From an uncultured cyanobacterium (GTDB lineage Bacteria > Cyanobacteriota > Cyanobacteriia > Cyanobacteriales > Nostocaceae), in contig CAVUDP010000004.1 in the NCBI GenBank assembly GCA_963740315.1, forward strand, positions 736,001-800,000: a DNA stretch of 64,000 bases, given 5' to 3'. Below the pieces are notes generated by a model that saw only the letters and a list, made by a program, of their open reading frames with translations, ran no database searches and was not told the origin of the DNA. A program made the translations under genes and the position numbers. Position 1 is the stretch's first letter. Each line of letters begins with the position of its first letter. Positions 18,917-29,210 of the stretch are shown here, piece by piece.

Positions 18917-19936
18917 TTAGTTATTCCACTTCTGAGCAACCAATTCAGCCAAATCAACAACGCGCTGGCTGTAACCCCATTCGTTGTCATACCAAGCCAT
19001 AACTTTAACCAAGTCGCCACCCAAAACCATTGTGAGACTGGCATCTACAACCGAAGAGGTATCGCTACCTTTAAAATCGGATGACACTAAAGGTAAATCG
19101 CAGTAACCTAAAAAGCCTTTGAGCTCACCTTCAGCAGCATTTTTAAAAGCTTGGTTGAGCTCTTCAGTAATGGTTGGCTTCTCAACTTGGACTACAAAAT
19201 CTACCATCGAAACGTTAGGAGTAGGCACTCGTAATGCCACACCGTTGAGTTTTCCTTTGAGATTTGGTAACACTAACGCTACAGCTTTTGCCGCACCAGT
19301 AGAGGTGGGTACAATGTTCATTGCTGCGGCTCTAGCACGACGCACGTCTCGGTGAGAAGCGTCAAGTAAACGTTGGTCGCCCGTGTAGCTGTGAGTGGTA
19401 GTCATGGTACCTTTGATGATACCAAACTTCTCATCCAACACTTTAGCTATAGGAGCCAAGCAGTTAGTGGTACAGCTAGCATTACTAACCACGTCGTACT
19501 TGTTTGGATCGTAATCTTGATGATTTACTCCCATTACAAAGGTACCAACGTTACCGCCTTTTCCAGGTGCCGTAATTAAAACCTTTTTAGCACCAGCTTT
19601 AATATGCTTTCTTGCCCCTTCTTCAGTGACAAACACCCCTGTTGACTCGATAACCAAGTCAACATCCCATTCTTTCCAGGGCAAGTTTTCTGGATTACGG
19701 TCAGACACGCATTTTATTGTTTTACCTTTAATTGTGATGGAGTTATCATCGGCAGAAATGTCAGCATTTTTTAAATTGCCTAGCATTGTGTCATACGTCA
19801 GCAAATGAGCATTCGTTCTGGGGTCCGAGGTATCGTTAATAGCAACAACTTCAAGGTTACTATTTTCTCTCGTCATCCAACAGCGCATAAAGTTACGTCC
19901 GATCCGACCGAAACCATTAATTGCAACTCTAACCAC
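18917..19936 (-). CDS. gap2: Glyceraldehyde-3-phosphate dehydrogenase, NAD(P)-dependent Calvin-cycle type
   Basis: [33 protein letters not shown] (Gap2/GapA S-loop), WYDNEWGYS. Confidence 0.95.
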   Translation of the reverse strand: MVRVAINGFGRIGRNFMRCWMTRENSNLEVVAINDTSDPRTNAHLLTYDTMLGNLKNADISADDNSITIKGKTIKCVSDRNPENLPWKEWDVDLVIESTGVFVTEEGARKHIKAGAKKVLITAPGKGGNVGTFVMGVNHQDYDPNKYDVVSNASCTTNCLAPIAKVLDEKFGIIKGTMTTTHSYTGDQRLLDASHRDVRRARAAAMNIVPTSTGAAKAVALVLPNLKGKLNGVALRVPTPNVSMVDFVVQVEKPTITEELNQAFKNAAEGELKGFLGYCDLPLVSSDFKGSDTSSVVDASLTMVLGGDLVKVMAWYDNEWGYSQRVVDLAELVAQKWNN

Positions 19937-21009
19937 AGTTCTTGCCCTCTGTATTTATCTCTAAACAGTGCTTATTTATGACCCCGATCATATCGCAAAG
20001 GGGGGGTATTAATAACTATAGAGTGCTAGATTCCTAAAAAAACTTGATAATTTATCCCGATTAGCTGCCGTAAACTCCGAGATTAGCCATATAGATTCTG
20101 ACAAATTCCGTTACCAAGTTACAAGAACAGGTTATTTGTTGCTGCATAAGTTACGAATAATACTTGACTAAGCTCTTTCTAAAGGGGTATGTATTAATTG
20201 CCAGTACATGGTATATGACTAATTGCCAGGTTGTTGTTCTACTTGCTTGCAGATTAACTCGGATTGAGTTATATTCACACCACTTGAGAATCGAGGTGCA
20301 GTAAAATAATTACACAATTGTGCCAATTACTTTCTTGAGTATCCGTAAAAGCATAGTCAGAAAAATATCCAAACTTGAAGATTAATGGTAGTAGTATTTA
20401 GGTACAAGGAATAACTTGCTAATAATGGTGTTGATAGTAGCAAATTTTTAGATTAATAGGTTGCTATCAAGAAACAGATACAACATGAATTCCAGAATCT
20501 ATATCCAAATGTTTGCTTTTTCTATAGCTTGTTTATAAGTTCATAGCGCTTCGGGCACCGAAATTCACTTTTTTAGATGTAGAAGCCATCCATAAGTTGT
20601 TTCAAGTACAAACAAGTGTATTTTATTAAATATGTCGGAGATGCTACTCTTATTTACTAGTTTTTCCAAACTTGTAGATATGGATTTTATCTTGACTCAA
20701 ATCTGATTTCATTACCAAGGTAGTATTGTAAAATTGCCTTCATGGATTGACAAAGTTGTATTGTGAATTACAATTGTTTATTTCCAGATTGTGCTTCTAT
20801 TCTCAGAAGAAACATAATAATAGTTTGGAAAGAGAAAAAAATGTCATCCGAGGTTAAAATCTTTCTGAACAACTAAAATAAGGGCAATAAATTGAATTTT
20901 AAATATGAAATAAAATATACATGACTTGTATCGGTACAAGTATATTTGTTCTGTACGATACACGTGTTCAAAATGTTAACGGTGTGGTGTGGTGTCAAAG
21001 GAAAAATCA

Positions 21010-22425
21010 ATGGTAAATGCAGTAGATTTTAGCGGTAGACCATTTCATTTCATTGGTGTGGGCGGTATAGGTATGTCAGCTTTGGCATATGTATTGGCTC
21101 AGAAAGGATTTCGGGTCAGTGGTTCAGATGTTCGCCCCAATCATATTACTCACAAATTAGAATCGATTGGAGTCAATTTTTTTGGTAAGCAAGATCCAGA
21201 GAACCTGGAGTTTTTTAGTAAAGATTTGTCAATTGCAAAAACACCCCAAGTAATTTGTTCTACAGCAATTAATGCCTCGAATTCTGAATACAAAGCAGCA
21301 TTAGAAAAGGGCTGCCCAATTTTCCATCGTTCGGATGTATTGGCAGCATTAATTTCCCAGTACAAAAGTATTGCCGTCGCAGGAACTCACGGTAAGACTA
21401 CTACAAGTAGCATGATTGGCTATATGCTGCTAGAAGCTGGCGTTGACCCAACAATTATTGTCGGTGGCGAAGTAAAAGCTTGGTCTGGCAACGCTCGTTT
21501 GGGACAAAGCCCTTATTTAGTCGCGGAGGCTGATGAGTCAGATGGTTCTTTGGTTAAGCATTCGCCAATATTTGGCATTATTACCAATATAGAGTTAGAC
21601 CATCCCGACCACTATGAAACATTAGAAGAAGTAGTAGATACTTTTAAAACATTTACAAGTCACTGTGAAACTGTAGTAGCTTCTATTGATTGCGAAACAG
21701 TACGCGATCGCTTTCAACCCGATATCAGCTACAGTCTCTCGCCTTCAAGCGGTGCCGATTACTATGTTACAAATATTGACTATCGCGCTGACGGTACCAC
21801 AGCTTTAGTTTGGGAAAAAGGTATTGCTCTGGGAGTGTTGAACTTAAGTGTATTGGGTCATCACAACCTAAGTAACGCTTTAGCAGCAGTCGCGATCGGT
21901 AGAGAGTTAGGTTTAGAATTTGGGGAAATTGCTAGAGGTTTAACTTCCTTTGAAGGTGCAAGACGACGCTTCGAGTTTCGAGGAGAAGTTGAGGGGATTA
22001 CCTTTATCGATGATTACGCGCATCACCCCAGCGAACTAAGTGCAACTCTAGCTGCTGCAAGGTTGCAAGCAAGACCGGGACAAAGGGTTGTCGCAATTTT
22101 CCAACCTCATCGCTACAGTCGCACAAAAACATTTTTGGCTGAATTTGCGACATCTTTTAGCCACGCGGATTTAGTTGTTCTTACCGATATCTACAGTGCG
22201 GGAGAACCAGATACTGGTTTAATTAGTGGCGAACAATTAGCCGCAGAAGTTGCCAAGCACAACTCGAATGTAGAGTACCAAGCTACTTTAGCTAACGTTC
22301 GCGAGTATTTGTTGCAAAACTTGCGTCCGGGAGATTTGGCATTATTCCTGGGTGCTGGAAACTTGAACCAGACAATTCCCGAAGTTATGAACTTTATAAA
22401 GCAACCAGCACAAGTTACATCCTAA
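21010..22425 (+). CDS. murC: UDP-N-acetylmuramate--L-alanine ligase
   Basis: GVGGIGMS, GTHGKTTT, EADESD, DDYAHHP, FQPHRYSRT. Confidence 0.97.
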   Translation: MVNAVDFSGRPFHFIGVGGIGMSALAYVLAQKGFRVSGSDVRPNHITHKLESIGVNFFGKQDPENLEFFSKDLSIAKTPQVICSTAINASNSEYKAALEKGCPIFHRSDVLAALISQYKSIAVAGTHGKTTTSSMIGYMLLEAGVDPTIIVGGEVKAWSGNARLGQSPYLVAEADESDGSLVKHSPIFGIITNIELDHPDHYETLEEVVDTFKTFTSHCETVVASIDCETVRDRFQPDISYSLSPSSGADYYVTNIDYRADGTTALVWEKGIALGVLNLSVLGHHNLSNALAAVAIGRELGLEFGEIARGLTSFEGARRRFEFRGEVEGITFIDDYAHHPSELSATLAAARLQARPGQRVVAIFQPHRYSRTKTFLAEFATSFSHADLVVLTDIYSAGEPDTGLISGEQLAAEVAKHNSNVEYQATLANVREYLLQNLRPGDLALFLGAGNLNQTIPEVMNFIKQPAQVTS

Positions 22426-22432
22426 ATAATCG

Positions 22433-22514
22433 TACTTGCCGACATTATGGGGTGAACCAGCGGCGACATCTGCTAATTCTCCCCTACAATATTTTTTGTA
22501 TATGTCGGACAAGT
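22433..22514 (+). other. Long intercistronic stem-loop
   Basis: tacttgccgacat pairs with atgtcggacaagta; inner ggggtgaa/ttctcccc and agcgg/ctgct stems. Confidence 0.55.
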
Positions 22515-22584
22515 AATTAATTGCTAATTCCCAAATCGTATTATTACGGTTTTTTCACGTCAAAATTATTTAATACTGGCAAAT

Positions 22585-23574
22585 ATGACCATTTCCCAGG
22601 CGCAGAATGTTTGTAAACCTTCTAAAATTACCACTAACTTAGGAGAAATGAAAGTGGACGGTAAGAGCGAAGGAATTTCTTTAGGCGGTACTGACTGTAT
22701 TATCAAGCCTAAAGTTTCCTTATCTTCCTATACTTCCTACAGAGTTGGTGGTCCGGCAGAATGGTTTGTTGCTCCCCGTTCTAGTGAATCTTTACAAGCC
22801 AGCGTCGAATATGCCAAAGAACACGAGCTATCAATCACAGTACTTGGTGCTGGTTCCAACTTATTAATCAGCGATCGCGGTATCCCAGGTTTAGTTATCG
22901 TTACTCGCCATATGCGACATTGTAATTTTGATTCCGAAACTGGTATGGTAACATTTGCTGCCGGAGAATCAATTCCTGCTTTAGCATGGGCAGCCGCCGA
23001 ACGTGGTTTAGAAGGGTTTGAATGGGCTGTTGGCATTCCAGGAACCGTTGGCGGTGCTGTAGTGATGAATGCTGGAGCGCACAATAGCTGTATTGCAGAT
23101 ATGTTAGTTAGCGTTGAGGTTCTTTCTCCTGACGGTACTTTGCAAACTTTGAGTGCCGAACAGTTGAACTATAGCTATCGTACTTCTGTACTGCAAGGCA
23201 GCAACTTAATAGTCACTCAAGCAACTTTGCAACTTCAGCCCGGTGCAGATCCAGCAGAAGTGACGGCAACAACCAAGCAACATAAAAAACATCGACTAGC
23301 TACCCAACCTTATCATTTACCAAGTTGCGGCAGCGTATTCCGCAATCCCAAACCTCATTCCGCAGGTAGGTTAATCGAAGAAGCTGGGCTTAAAGGCTTT
23401 CAAATTGGGCAAGCGCAAGTAGCCCAACGCCATGCTAATTTTATAGTTAATTGTGGTGGAGCCTCCGCTAACGATATTTTCAATCTTATTTATCACGTCC
23501 AGCGTCAAGTACAAGAACGCTGGTCGATTGGGTTACACCCAGAAGTAAAAATGTTGGGATTTCAATCAGCTTAA
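22585..23574 (+). CDS. murB: UDP-N-acetylenolpyruvoylglucosamine reductase
   Basis: RVGGPA, GAGSNLL, GIPGTVGGAVVMNAGA, GSVFRNP, HANF. Confidence 0.97.
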   Translation: MTISQAQNVCKPSKITTNLGEMKVDGKSEGISLGGTDCIIKPKVSLSSYTSYRVGGPAEWFVAPRSSESLQASVEYAKEHELSITVLGAGSNLLISDRGIPGLVIVTRHMRHCNFDSETGMVTFAAGESIPALAWAAAERGLEGFEWAVGIPGTVGGAVVMNAGAHNSCIADMLVSVEVLSPDGTLQTLSAEQLNYSYRTSVLQGSNLIVTQATLQLQPGADPAEVTATTKQHKKHRLATQPYHLPSCGSVFRNPKPHSAGRLIEEAGLKGFQIGQAQVAQRHANFIVNCGGASANDIFNLIYHVQRQVQERWSIGLHPEVKMLGFQSA

Positions 23575-23758
23575 CGAGGCGCGATCGCAGATTGGAAGAA
23601 TACGGATTCTAAATGTAATATTCAGTAAAAAATCTTTCGTATCTAATAAAAGGGCGGTTAATTGGGTACATTACCTTAAGATAAAAAACTATCAAATAAC
23701 ACGACGCATCTATAATTGAATTTGATTTGTTATTGAAAGCACAAGCTGACTATTTATT

Positions 23759-24106
23759 ATGACAGGAAAAGGACAAGGATTTGGTTTTGGTTTGGGAAAA
23801 ATGAAGGAACTCGCTGAAGCCTTCAAAAAAGCCCAGCAAGTTCAAGAAGGAGCCAAACAACTCCAAGAAGAATTGGAGCAAATGGAAATCCAAGGAGAAT
23901 CTGGCGGTGGAATGGTAAAGGTGATTCTTAGTGGAAATCAAGAACCCAAACGAGTAGAAGTTTCTCCCGATGCCATGAATGAAGGAGCTGAAGTACTTTC
24001 CGATTTGGTGACAGCAGCAATGAAAGATGCTTACAACAAATCCACTGCTACCATGCGCGATCGCATGGAAGATTTGACTAGCGGATTGGAACTTCCCGGA
24101 TTTTAA
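23759..24106 (+). CDS. YbaB/EbfC family nucleoid-associated protein
   Basis: KAQQVQ...EL...[23 protein letters not shown]. Confidence 0.92.
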   Translation: MTGKGQGFGFGLGKMKELAEAFKKAQQVQEGAKQLQEELEQMEIQGESGGGMVKVILSGNQEPKRVEVSPDAMNEGAEVLSDLVTAAMKDAYNKSTATMRDRMEDLTSGLELPGF

Positions 24107-24190
24107 TTTTTAATCTTCAGTTAAAGCTTGCATCGGCATTCTAAAATGCCAGAAATTGCAAAACTTTGAACGGGAATACTCGCGCTCATT

Positions 24191-24676
24191 ATGGCTTATA
24201 AGCTGCTATTTGTCTGCTTGGGTAACATTTGTCGTTCGCCAACCGCAGAAAATGTCATGAATCACTTAGTAGAAAAAGCTGGTTTAAGTGATTCTATTGT
24301 GTGTGATTCTGCTGGAACATCAAGTTATCACATCGGTAGTCCACCAGATTCTCGTATGAGTGCTGCTGCGAATAGTCTTTTAGGATTTAAACTTCGCGGT
24401 GAAGCACGAGCCTTTGAATCATTCGATTTTGAAAACTTCGATTTGATTTTGGCGATGGATAGGGAGAATTATCGAAATATTCTTTCTATGGACTTGGATG
24501 GAAAATATCAAGACAAAGTGCGCTTGATGTGTGACTATTGCCGCAAATATTCTCTAAAAGAAGTTCCTGACCCCTATTATGGTGGAACGGAAGGCTTTAA
24601 TCAAGTCGTAAATTTACTTGTTGATGCTTGTGGAGGACTTTTAGAGGATATTCGTGCAACTCAGATAAACTTGTAA
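24191..24676 (+). CDS. Low-molecular-weight protein-tyrosine phosphatase
   Basis: VCLGNICRS P-loop and DPYY. Confidence 0.95.
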   Translation: MAYKLLFVCLGNICRSPTAENVMNHLVEKAGLSDSIVCDSAGTSSYHIGSPPDSRMSAAANSLLGFKLRGEARAFESFDFENFDLILAMDRENYRNILSMDLDGKYQDKVRLMCDYCRKYSLKEVPDPYYGGTEGFNQVVNLLVDACGGLLEDIRATQINL

Positions 24677-24701
24677 GAATTTAAAGTTAGTTCTCGATTT
24701 T

Positions 24702-24738
24702 AAGTTAAGAGTTATAAGCGATAACTCTTAACTTTTTT
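24702..24738. terminator. Intrinsic terminator between convergent genes
   Basis: aagttaagagttat-aagcg-ataactcttaactt 14-bp perfect stem plus T-run. Confidence 0.75.
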
Positions 24739-24743
24739 AATAT

Positions 24744-26960
24744 TTATTTGGCTAATAATCCATTAACATCTTTAGCACGTTCAATTAATGCTCTCCAAAT
24801 CTGCTGCTCCCCAAGGCGCTGTTCTATGTGACTAAATTCCGACCACACTTTATGACATTCTTTATGAAGCAAAATTCGCCATTCTAACTGTACCCCTTTA
24901 GCCCGAAGAACTCTATCTACAAATTCTTCTAACATAAAATAAGCATCAGCAGAAGGTTCGCAAAGTATTTGATTTAAAGCTATTTCGGACTTATCAACTG
25001 CTTCTTGATGTAGTTTTTGTAATGTATCTAAAATCAATTCTTCAATATTTAATTCCGAACTAACTTCTGATTCAATTTGATTGATTTGTTTTAGTAAAGC
25101 AAATTGGTTATTATCTGGCTTGAGTCGATCTAGATTATTTTGCCTTAAAAGCCGGATTACTTTTCCTGCATGAGAAACGTCAAACTGATAAAGCTTTTGA
25201 AAACCCAATTTTAGGTTATTAGCGCTATCCTCAAGAAGATTATAAATAATTTGGAGAAAATCTATTCCCTCAGAATTTGCGATTTCTCCCAAATGAGCTT
25301 TGAGAATTTTCACAACTAAACATTTTCGATTTTCCAGCCGTAGCTGCATTGCTTTATCCAAAGATAAAAAATGCCCTAAAAAATTAGTCCGGATTTCATG
25401 CAAAAAATCGTTGTAAGCAGTGTTGTAAGAGCCAAAAATATGACGGCGTTCTGCAATTTCAAGGCAGGTTGTAGGAATTCCCGTATTCGCTCGACATAGT
25501 TGAATTGCGTTTTGAACTTGTTCTGCAAATTCGCTGTCTAAGCTATCCCGATTAACTTTAAGCTCTGTTAATAAATTTTCTAAGTCATTCGTCAATTTAC
25601 CCCAAAACCGTTCAAAAAGTTGTTCAAATAATAAATCGCGATCGCCATGACTTGTTAAAGCACCAGTAGCTTTATCTAATTCAATATTAATATTTTGGCA
25701 AAGTGCGTTTAATTGTTTATGACAAGAACGCCCATATTCTCTTTCAATTGACTCTACATTCTCAATCAAATAATCAAGAATCGGCTCTAGAACTTCGGTA
25801 AAAGCCTCTTGAGAATCGGAACAATCAGCAACGATACACCGTGCTACTCGAATTGGTGTTTCTTTGAGTTGTGCTTGCAATTTTTGGCAGCGGTAGCTGT
25901 TATCACCACCTTCTACACCGTGTTTGCTGCGGTTGAGAATCATAAAAGAACCAGAAGCAAGGGGAAAATTTGCCAAAGCATTCCGAGCAATTTGATACAG
26001 CTTTAGATGTGCTTCTCCCCAAACAGCGTTGGCTTCCGGTCTGCGGACAAATAAAATAAAATCGGCTTCTTGAGAGAGAATATTCATTAATCGCTCTGCT
26101 TCGATTAAGTTCGTATCTCCCAAACCCGGTAAATCTAATAAGCAAATTTGACCAATATCCTGGTGAGGAAAAGAACAAGATATTTCTACTTCTTTAACTG
26201 CTAAATAGTTAACAATTTTATCGCCGTTTTCATCAACAGAATCCTGAGTTACATATTGTGGAATTTCCTCCTCAGTAATTTCTATCGGGGGAGATTCGAG
26301 TAAATGGCGATATTTGGCAATATTAGTATAATAATCCTTACGCAGATGTCCGTATCTAGCTTTGTCAAATTCGCTATCTTTCTTTTCTATTGGTAAACTG
26401 GGCGGAGGATTGCGAGCAAATTCTTCAACAGTGATAGGTTTTTTACCCAAACCCAAGGTTTCGTAATAAGGAGCAAGTACTTGTGAACCGAACTCCGATG
26501 ATGAATAGAAATGTACCTTAGCTACTGCTCGTGGCAATCTAGGTTGGTGAATAATTTTACTTAATGTACCAGTACAATATCCTTCGCCGCCATCGGGAAT
26601 TACTTGGCTACTAAGTCCGGTTAAACTTTGCAACAAACGACTTTTACCTTGTCGAGCATAACCAAGAACTGCAACGTTTATTGTCTTGCGAGTACAGCGA
26701 TACCGCAGTTTTTCCAATACATTTAAAAGGCGATCGATTTCATCAATTAATTCAAAATTAATTTCTCTCAAACGTTTAGCAGATGTAGCGTCAATGTTGT
26801 TAGCAAGAAACTCAGATTGGTACTGTTTTAAATTAACCAGCGCTAACATAAGAGCTTCCAGCTTTGCTTTATCGCGTTCGATTCGACTACCAAATCTTTG
26901 CCGGTGTTGAATAATTGCATTAATACGTTCGGTTCTATAGGTATCAATCTGGATTTTCAT
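24744..26960 (-). CDS. Dynamin-like P-loop GTPase
   Basis: G1 GYARQGKS, G2 region CTG, G3 DLPG, G4-like LNR; helical/coiled-coil N- and C-terminal regions. Confidence 0.75.
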   Translation of the reverse strand: MKIQIDTYRTERINAIIQHRQRFGSRIERDKAKLEALMLALVNLKQYQSEFLANNIDATSAKRLREINFELIDEIDRLLNVLEKLRYRCTRKTINVAVLGYARQGKSRLLQSLTGLSSQVIPDGGEGYCTGTLSKIIHQPRLPRAVAKVHFYSSSEFGSQVLAPYYETLGLGKKPITVEEFARNPPPSLPIEKKDSEFDKARYGHLRKDYYTNIAKYRHLLESPPIEITEEEIPQYVTQDSVDENGDKIVNYLAVKEVEISCSFPHQDIGQICLLDLPGLGDTNLIEAERLMNILSQEADFILFVRRPEANAVWGEAHLKLYQIARNALANFPLASGSFMILNRSKHGVEGGDNSYRCQKLQAQLKETPIRVARCIVADCSDSQEAFTEVLEPILDYLIENVESIEREYGRSCHKQLNALCQNINIELDKATGALTSHGDRDLLFEQLFERFWGKLTNDLENLLTELKVNRDSLDSEFAEQVQNAIQLCRANTGIPTTCLEIAERRHIFGSYNTAYNDFLHEIRTNFLGHFLSLDKAMQLRLENRKCLVVKILKAHLGEIANSEGIDFLQIIYNLLEDSANNLKLGFQKLYQFDVSHAGKVIRLLRQNNLDRLKPDNNQFALLKQINQIESEVSSELNIEELILDTLQKLHQEAVDKSEIALNQILCEPSADAYFMLEEFVDRVLRAKGVQLEWRILLHKECHKVWSEFSHIEQRLGEQQIWRALIERAKDVNGLLAK

Positions 26961-27314
26961 ACGATGCAATTTTTGTAAAGATATTGCAAACAGTTATAGT
27001 CAAGAGGTGAATATCCTGAATGTCTAATGCTCGGGCTTTTGTAATGTTAGTTGATTTTTTTTGAGTCAGCCTACGATAAGGTATCGGCATTTTGTCAATA
27101 CGGCTTTTGGAATAACTGCGAAAAAAAAGTAATGCATAACGATATTGAAAAAAATCATCAACTTGATAACAATACTCATGGAATCGAACAAAAGCAGTAA
27201 AACACCTGACGTAATTCCACAAAGTGTCTATAAAGATGTCAATCGCAGGTTAGAAGCGATTATTGTCAAAATTCGGTAATCTAATGCTGATGCTTCAAAA
27301 TCGGGAAAAATGCT

Positions 27315-28028
27315 GTGGTTCCAATTAGAGACAATAATCCTATTTCCATCACACCTTATGTTACTTATGGACTAGTTGCCGTTAATGTTCTCGCTTTTCT
27401 TTACGAATCGACTTTACCGCCCCAGTATCTGAACGGCTTTCTTCAACTATTTGCTGTAGTACCGCGAGAATTAACCTCCAGTTTCGGCGGAATTGCCGTA
27501 AATCAACCTGTTCCCGAATGGTTGACTTTGATTACTGCCCAGTTTTTACATGGCGGTTTGCTGCATCTGGGCGGTAATATGTTGTTTTTATGGATTTTTG
27601 GTAACAACGTTGAAGAAAAATTAGGTCATATCAAGTATTTGATTTTTTATCTAGCTTGTGGTGTTTTAGCATCTTTGACTCAGTGGTATTTCTCCCAAGG
27701 TTCCGCAATTCCTTCTTTAGGTGCTAGTGGAGCGATCGCAGGTGTCATGGGAGCGTATATTATCCGTTTTCCCAAAGCAGAAGTTCTTGGTGTCGTACCC
27801 TTGGGCATCTTTTTCCCTACTTTTCGAGTTCCCGCTTACTTCTTTTTAGGATTTTGGTTTATTCAACAAGCTTTTTATGGTGTTTCTAGTTTGGGAATGC
27901 CTACTAATATTGGTATGGAAAGTGGTGGAATTGCTTATTGGGCGCACGCTGGCGGTTTTGTATTCGGAGCAATTCTCGGTCCCGTATTAGGTTTGTTTAG
28001 CGATAAATCCCCAGACGAATCTTGGTAA
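27315..28028 (+). CDS. Rhomboid intramembrane serine protease
   Basis: FLHGG..HL.GNM, GASG catalytic Ser, AHAGG catalytic His. Confidence 0.93.
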   Translation: MVPIRDNNPISITPYVTYGLVAVNVLAFLYESTLPPQYLNGFLQLFAVVPRELTSSFGGIAVNQPVPEWLTLITAQFLHGGLLHLGGNMLFLWIFGNNVEEKLGHIKYLIFYLACGVLASLTQWYFSQGSAIPSLGASGAIAGVMGAYIIRFPKAEVLGVVPLGIFFPTFRVPAYFFLGFWFIQQAFYGVSSLGMPTNIGMESGGIAYWAHAGGFVFGAILGPVLGLFSDKSPDESW

Positions 28029-28088
28029 TTACGAATTGGTTATTGGATTAGGAGTTAGGAGTTAAAAGTTAGGAAATTGAAATTTCTA

Positions 28089-28226
28089 CCCATCCCCCCG
28101 CTCGCCGCACGCTCCGCGTGAACGGGTTGCGCCACTTCTCTCAACGATCGTGTTCCTCCGCACGTTTTGGGCTTACCATCTCCCCATCTCCCCATCCCCC
28201 CATCCCCCCATCTCCCTGTTCCCATC
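28089..28226. repeat. STRR (CCCCATC) tract with a GC-rich nested insert
   Basis: ccccatc units flanking about 75 bp of GC-rich sequence. Confidence 0.65.
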
Positions 28227-28328
28227 CTATATTTCATCAAACTATTCTTACGGATGAAATGCTCTATACTTCGCAGTTGCAAGCCCTACAGGTTATAGTG
28301 CAATTGTTAATTAAAATAGAAAACACCA

Positions 28329-29024
28329 GTGTTTCCCCTATACGACGAAAACCCAACGCGAATCACACCTTATATCACTTACGGATTGATTGGCATTAAT
28401 GTAGTAGTATTTCTTCACGAATTTACCTTGCCAGATGCACAATTAGAGCAGTTTTTCCAACTTTATGCAGTGGTACCGCAACAGTTAACTGCTAGTTTTG
28501 CTAGTGGAGCGATCGATCAACCAGTACCAGAATGGGCAACTTTATTTACATCGCAATTCTTACACGGCGGTTGGTGGCACCTAATTTCTAATATGGTGTT
28601 TCTCTGGGTTTTTGGTAACAATATTGAAGACCGTCTGGGTCATTTTAAATATATAATTTTTTACTTGGCTTGCGGTGCTTTAGCTGCCTTGTGTCAGTGG
28701 TTCATTGGTATGGATTCTGCTATCCCTTCATTGGGCGCTTCTGGGGCGATTTCCGGAGTTTTAGGTGCCTACCTTATCCGCTTCCCTCAAACTTTAGTCA
28801 GAACTTTTGTTTTTCTAGGTTTTTTTATAACTACTCTTAGAGTTCCAGCATGGGTACTAATAGGTGTTTATATTGTCCAAAATGTCATATCTGGCGTTAG
28901 TGCTTTACAAAGAGCCGCTAATATGACTATGGAAACAGGTGGAGTCGCTTATTGGGCGCACATTGGCGGTTTTGCATTTGGATTACTTTTAGGTCCCTTG
29001 CTTGGTTTATTTAATGATGATTAA
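28329..29024 (+). CDS. Rhomboid intramembrane serine protease (tandem paralog)
   Basis: FLHGGWWHL, GASG, AHIGG; aligns end to end with 27315-28028. Confidence 0.93.
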   Translation: MFPLYDENPTRITPYITYGLIGINVVVFLHEFTLPDAQLEQFFQLYAVVPQQLTASFASGAIDQPVPEWATLFTSQFLHGGWWHLISNMVFLWVFGNNIEDRLGHFKYIIFYLACGALAALCQWFIGMDSAIPSLGASGAISGVLGAYLIRFPQTLVRTFVFLGFFITTLRVPAWVLIGVYIVQNVISGVSALQRAANMTMETGGVAYWAHIGGFAFGLLLGPLLGLFNDD

Positions 29025-29065
29025 ATAGTTAGGAGTGAGGACCACCGGAGTTTTTTCAAAATCTC

Positions 29066-29208
29066 TCCCCATCCCCCCATCTCCCCATCCCCCCATCTCC
29101 CCATCTCCCCCGAACCCCATCCCCCCATCTCCCCATCTCCCCCGAACCCCATCTCCCCCGAACCCCATCCCCCCATCCCCTTGTCCCCTTGTCCCCTCTT
29201 CCCCCATC
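29066..29208. repeat. Long C-rich STRR tract (CCCCATC/CCCCATCT/CCCCGAA/CCCCTTGT)
   Basis: About 140 bp of iterated units between convergent genes. Confidence 0.9.
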
Positions 29209-29210
29209 CT

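Noticed and set aside
20021..20029. GAGTGCTAG CIRCE half-site upstream of gap2
   Set aside because: No matching left arm at the 9-nt spacing.
26944..27222. 92-aa ORF upstream of the dynamin-like gene as a partner subunit
   Set aside because: No recognisable motif, atypical composition, and it occupies the divergent promoter region.
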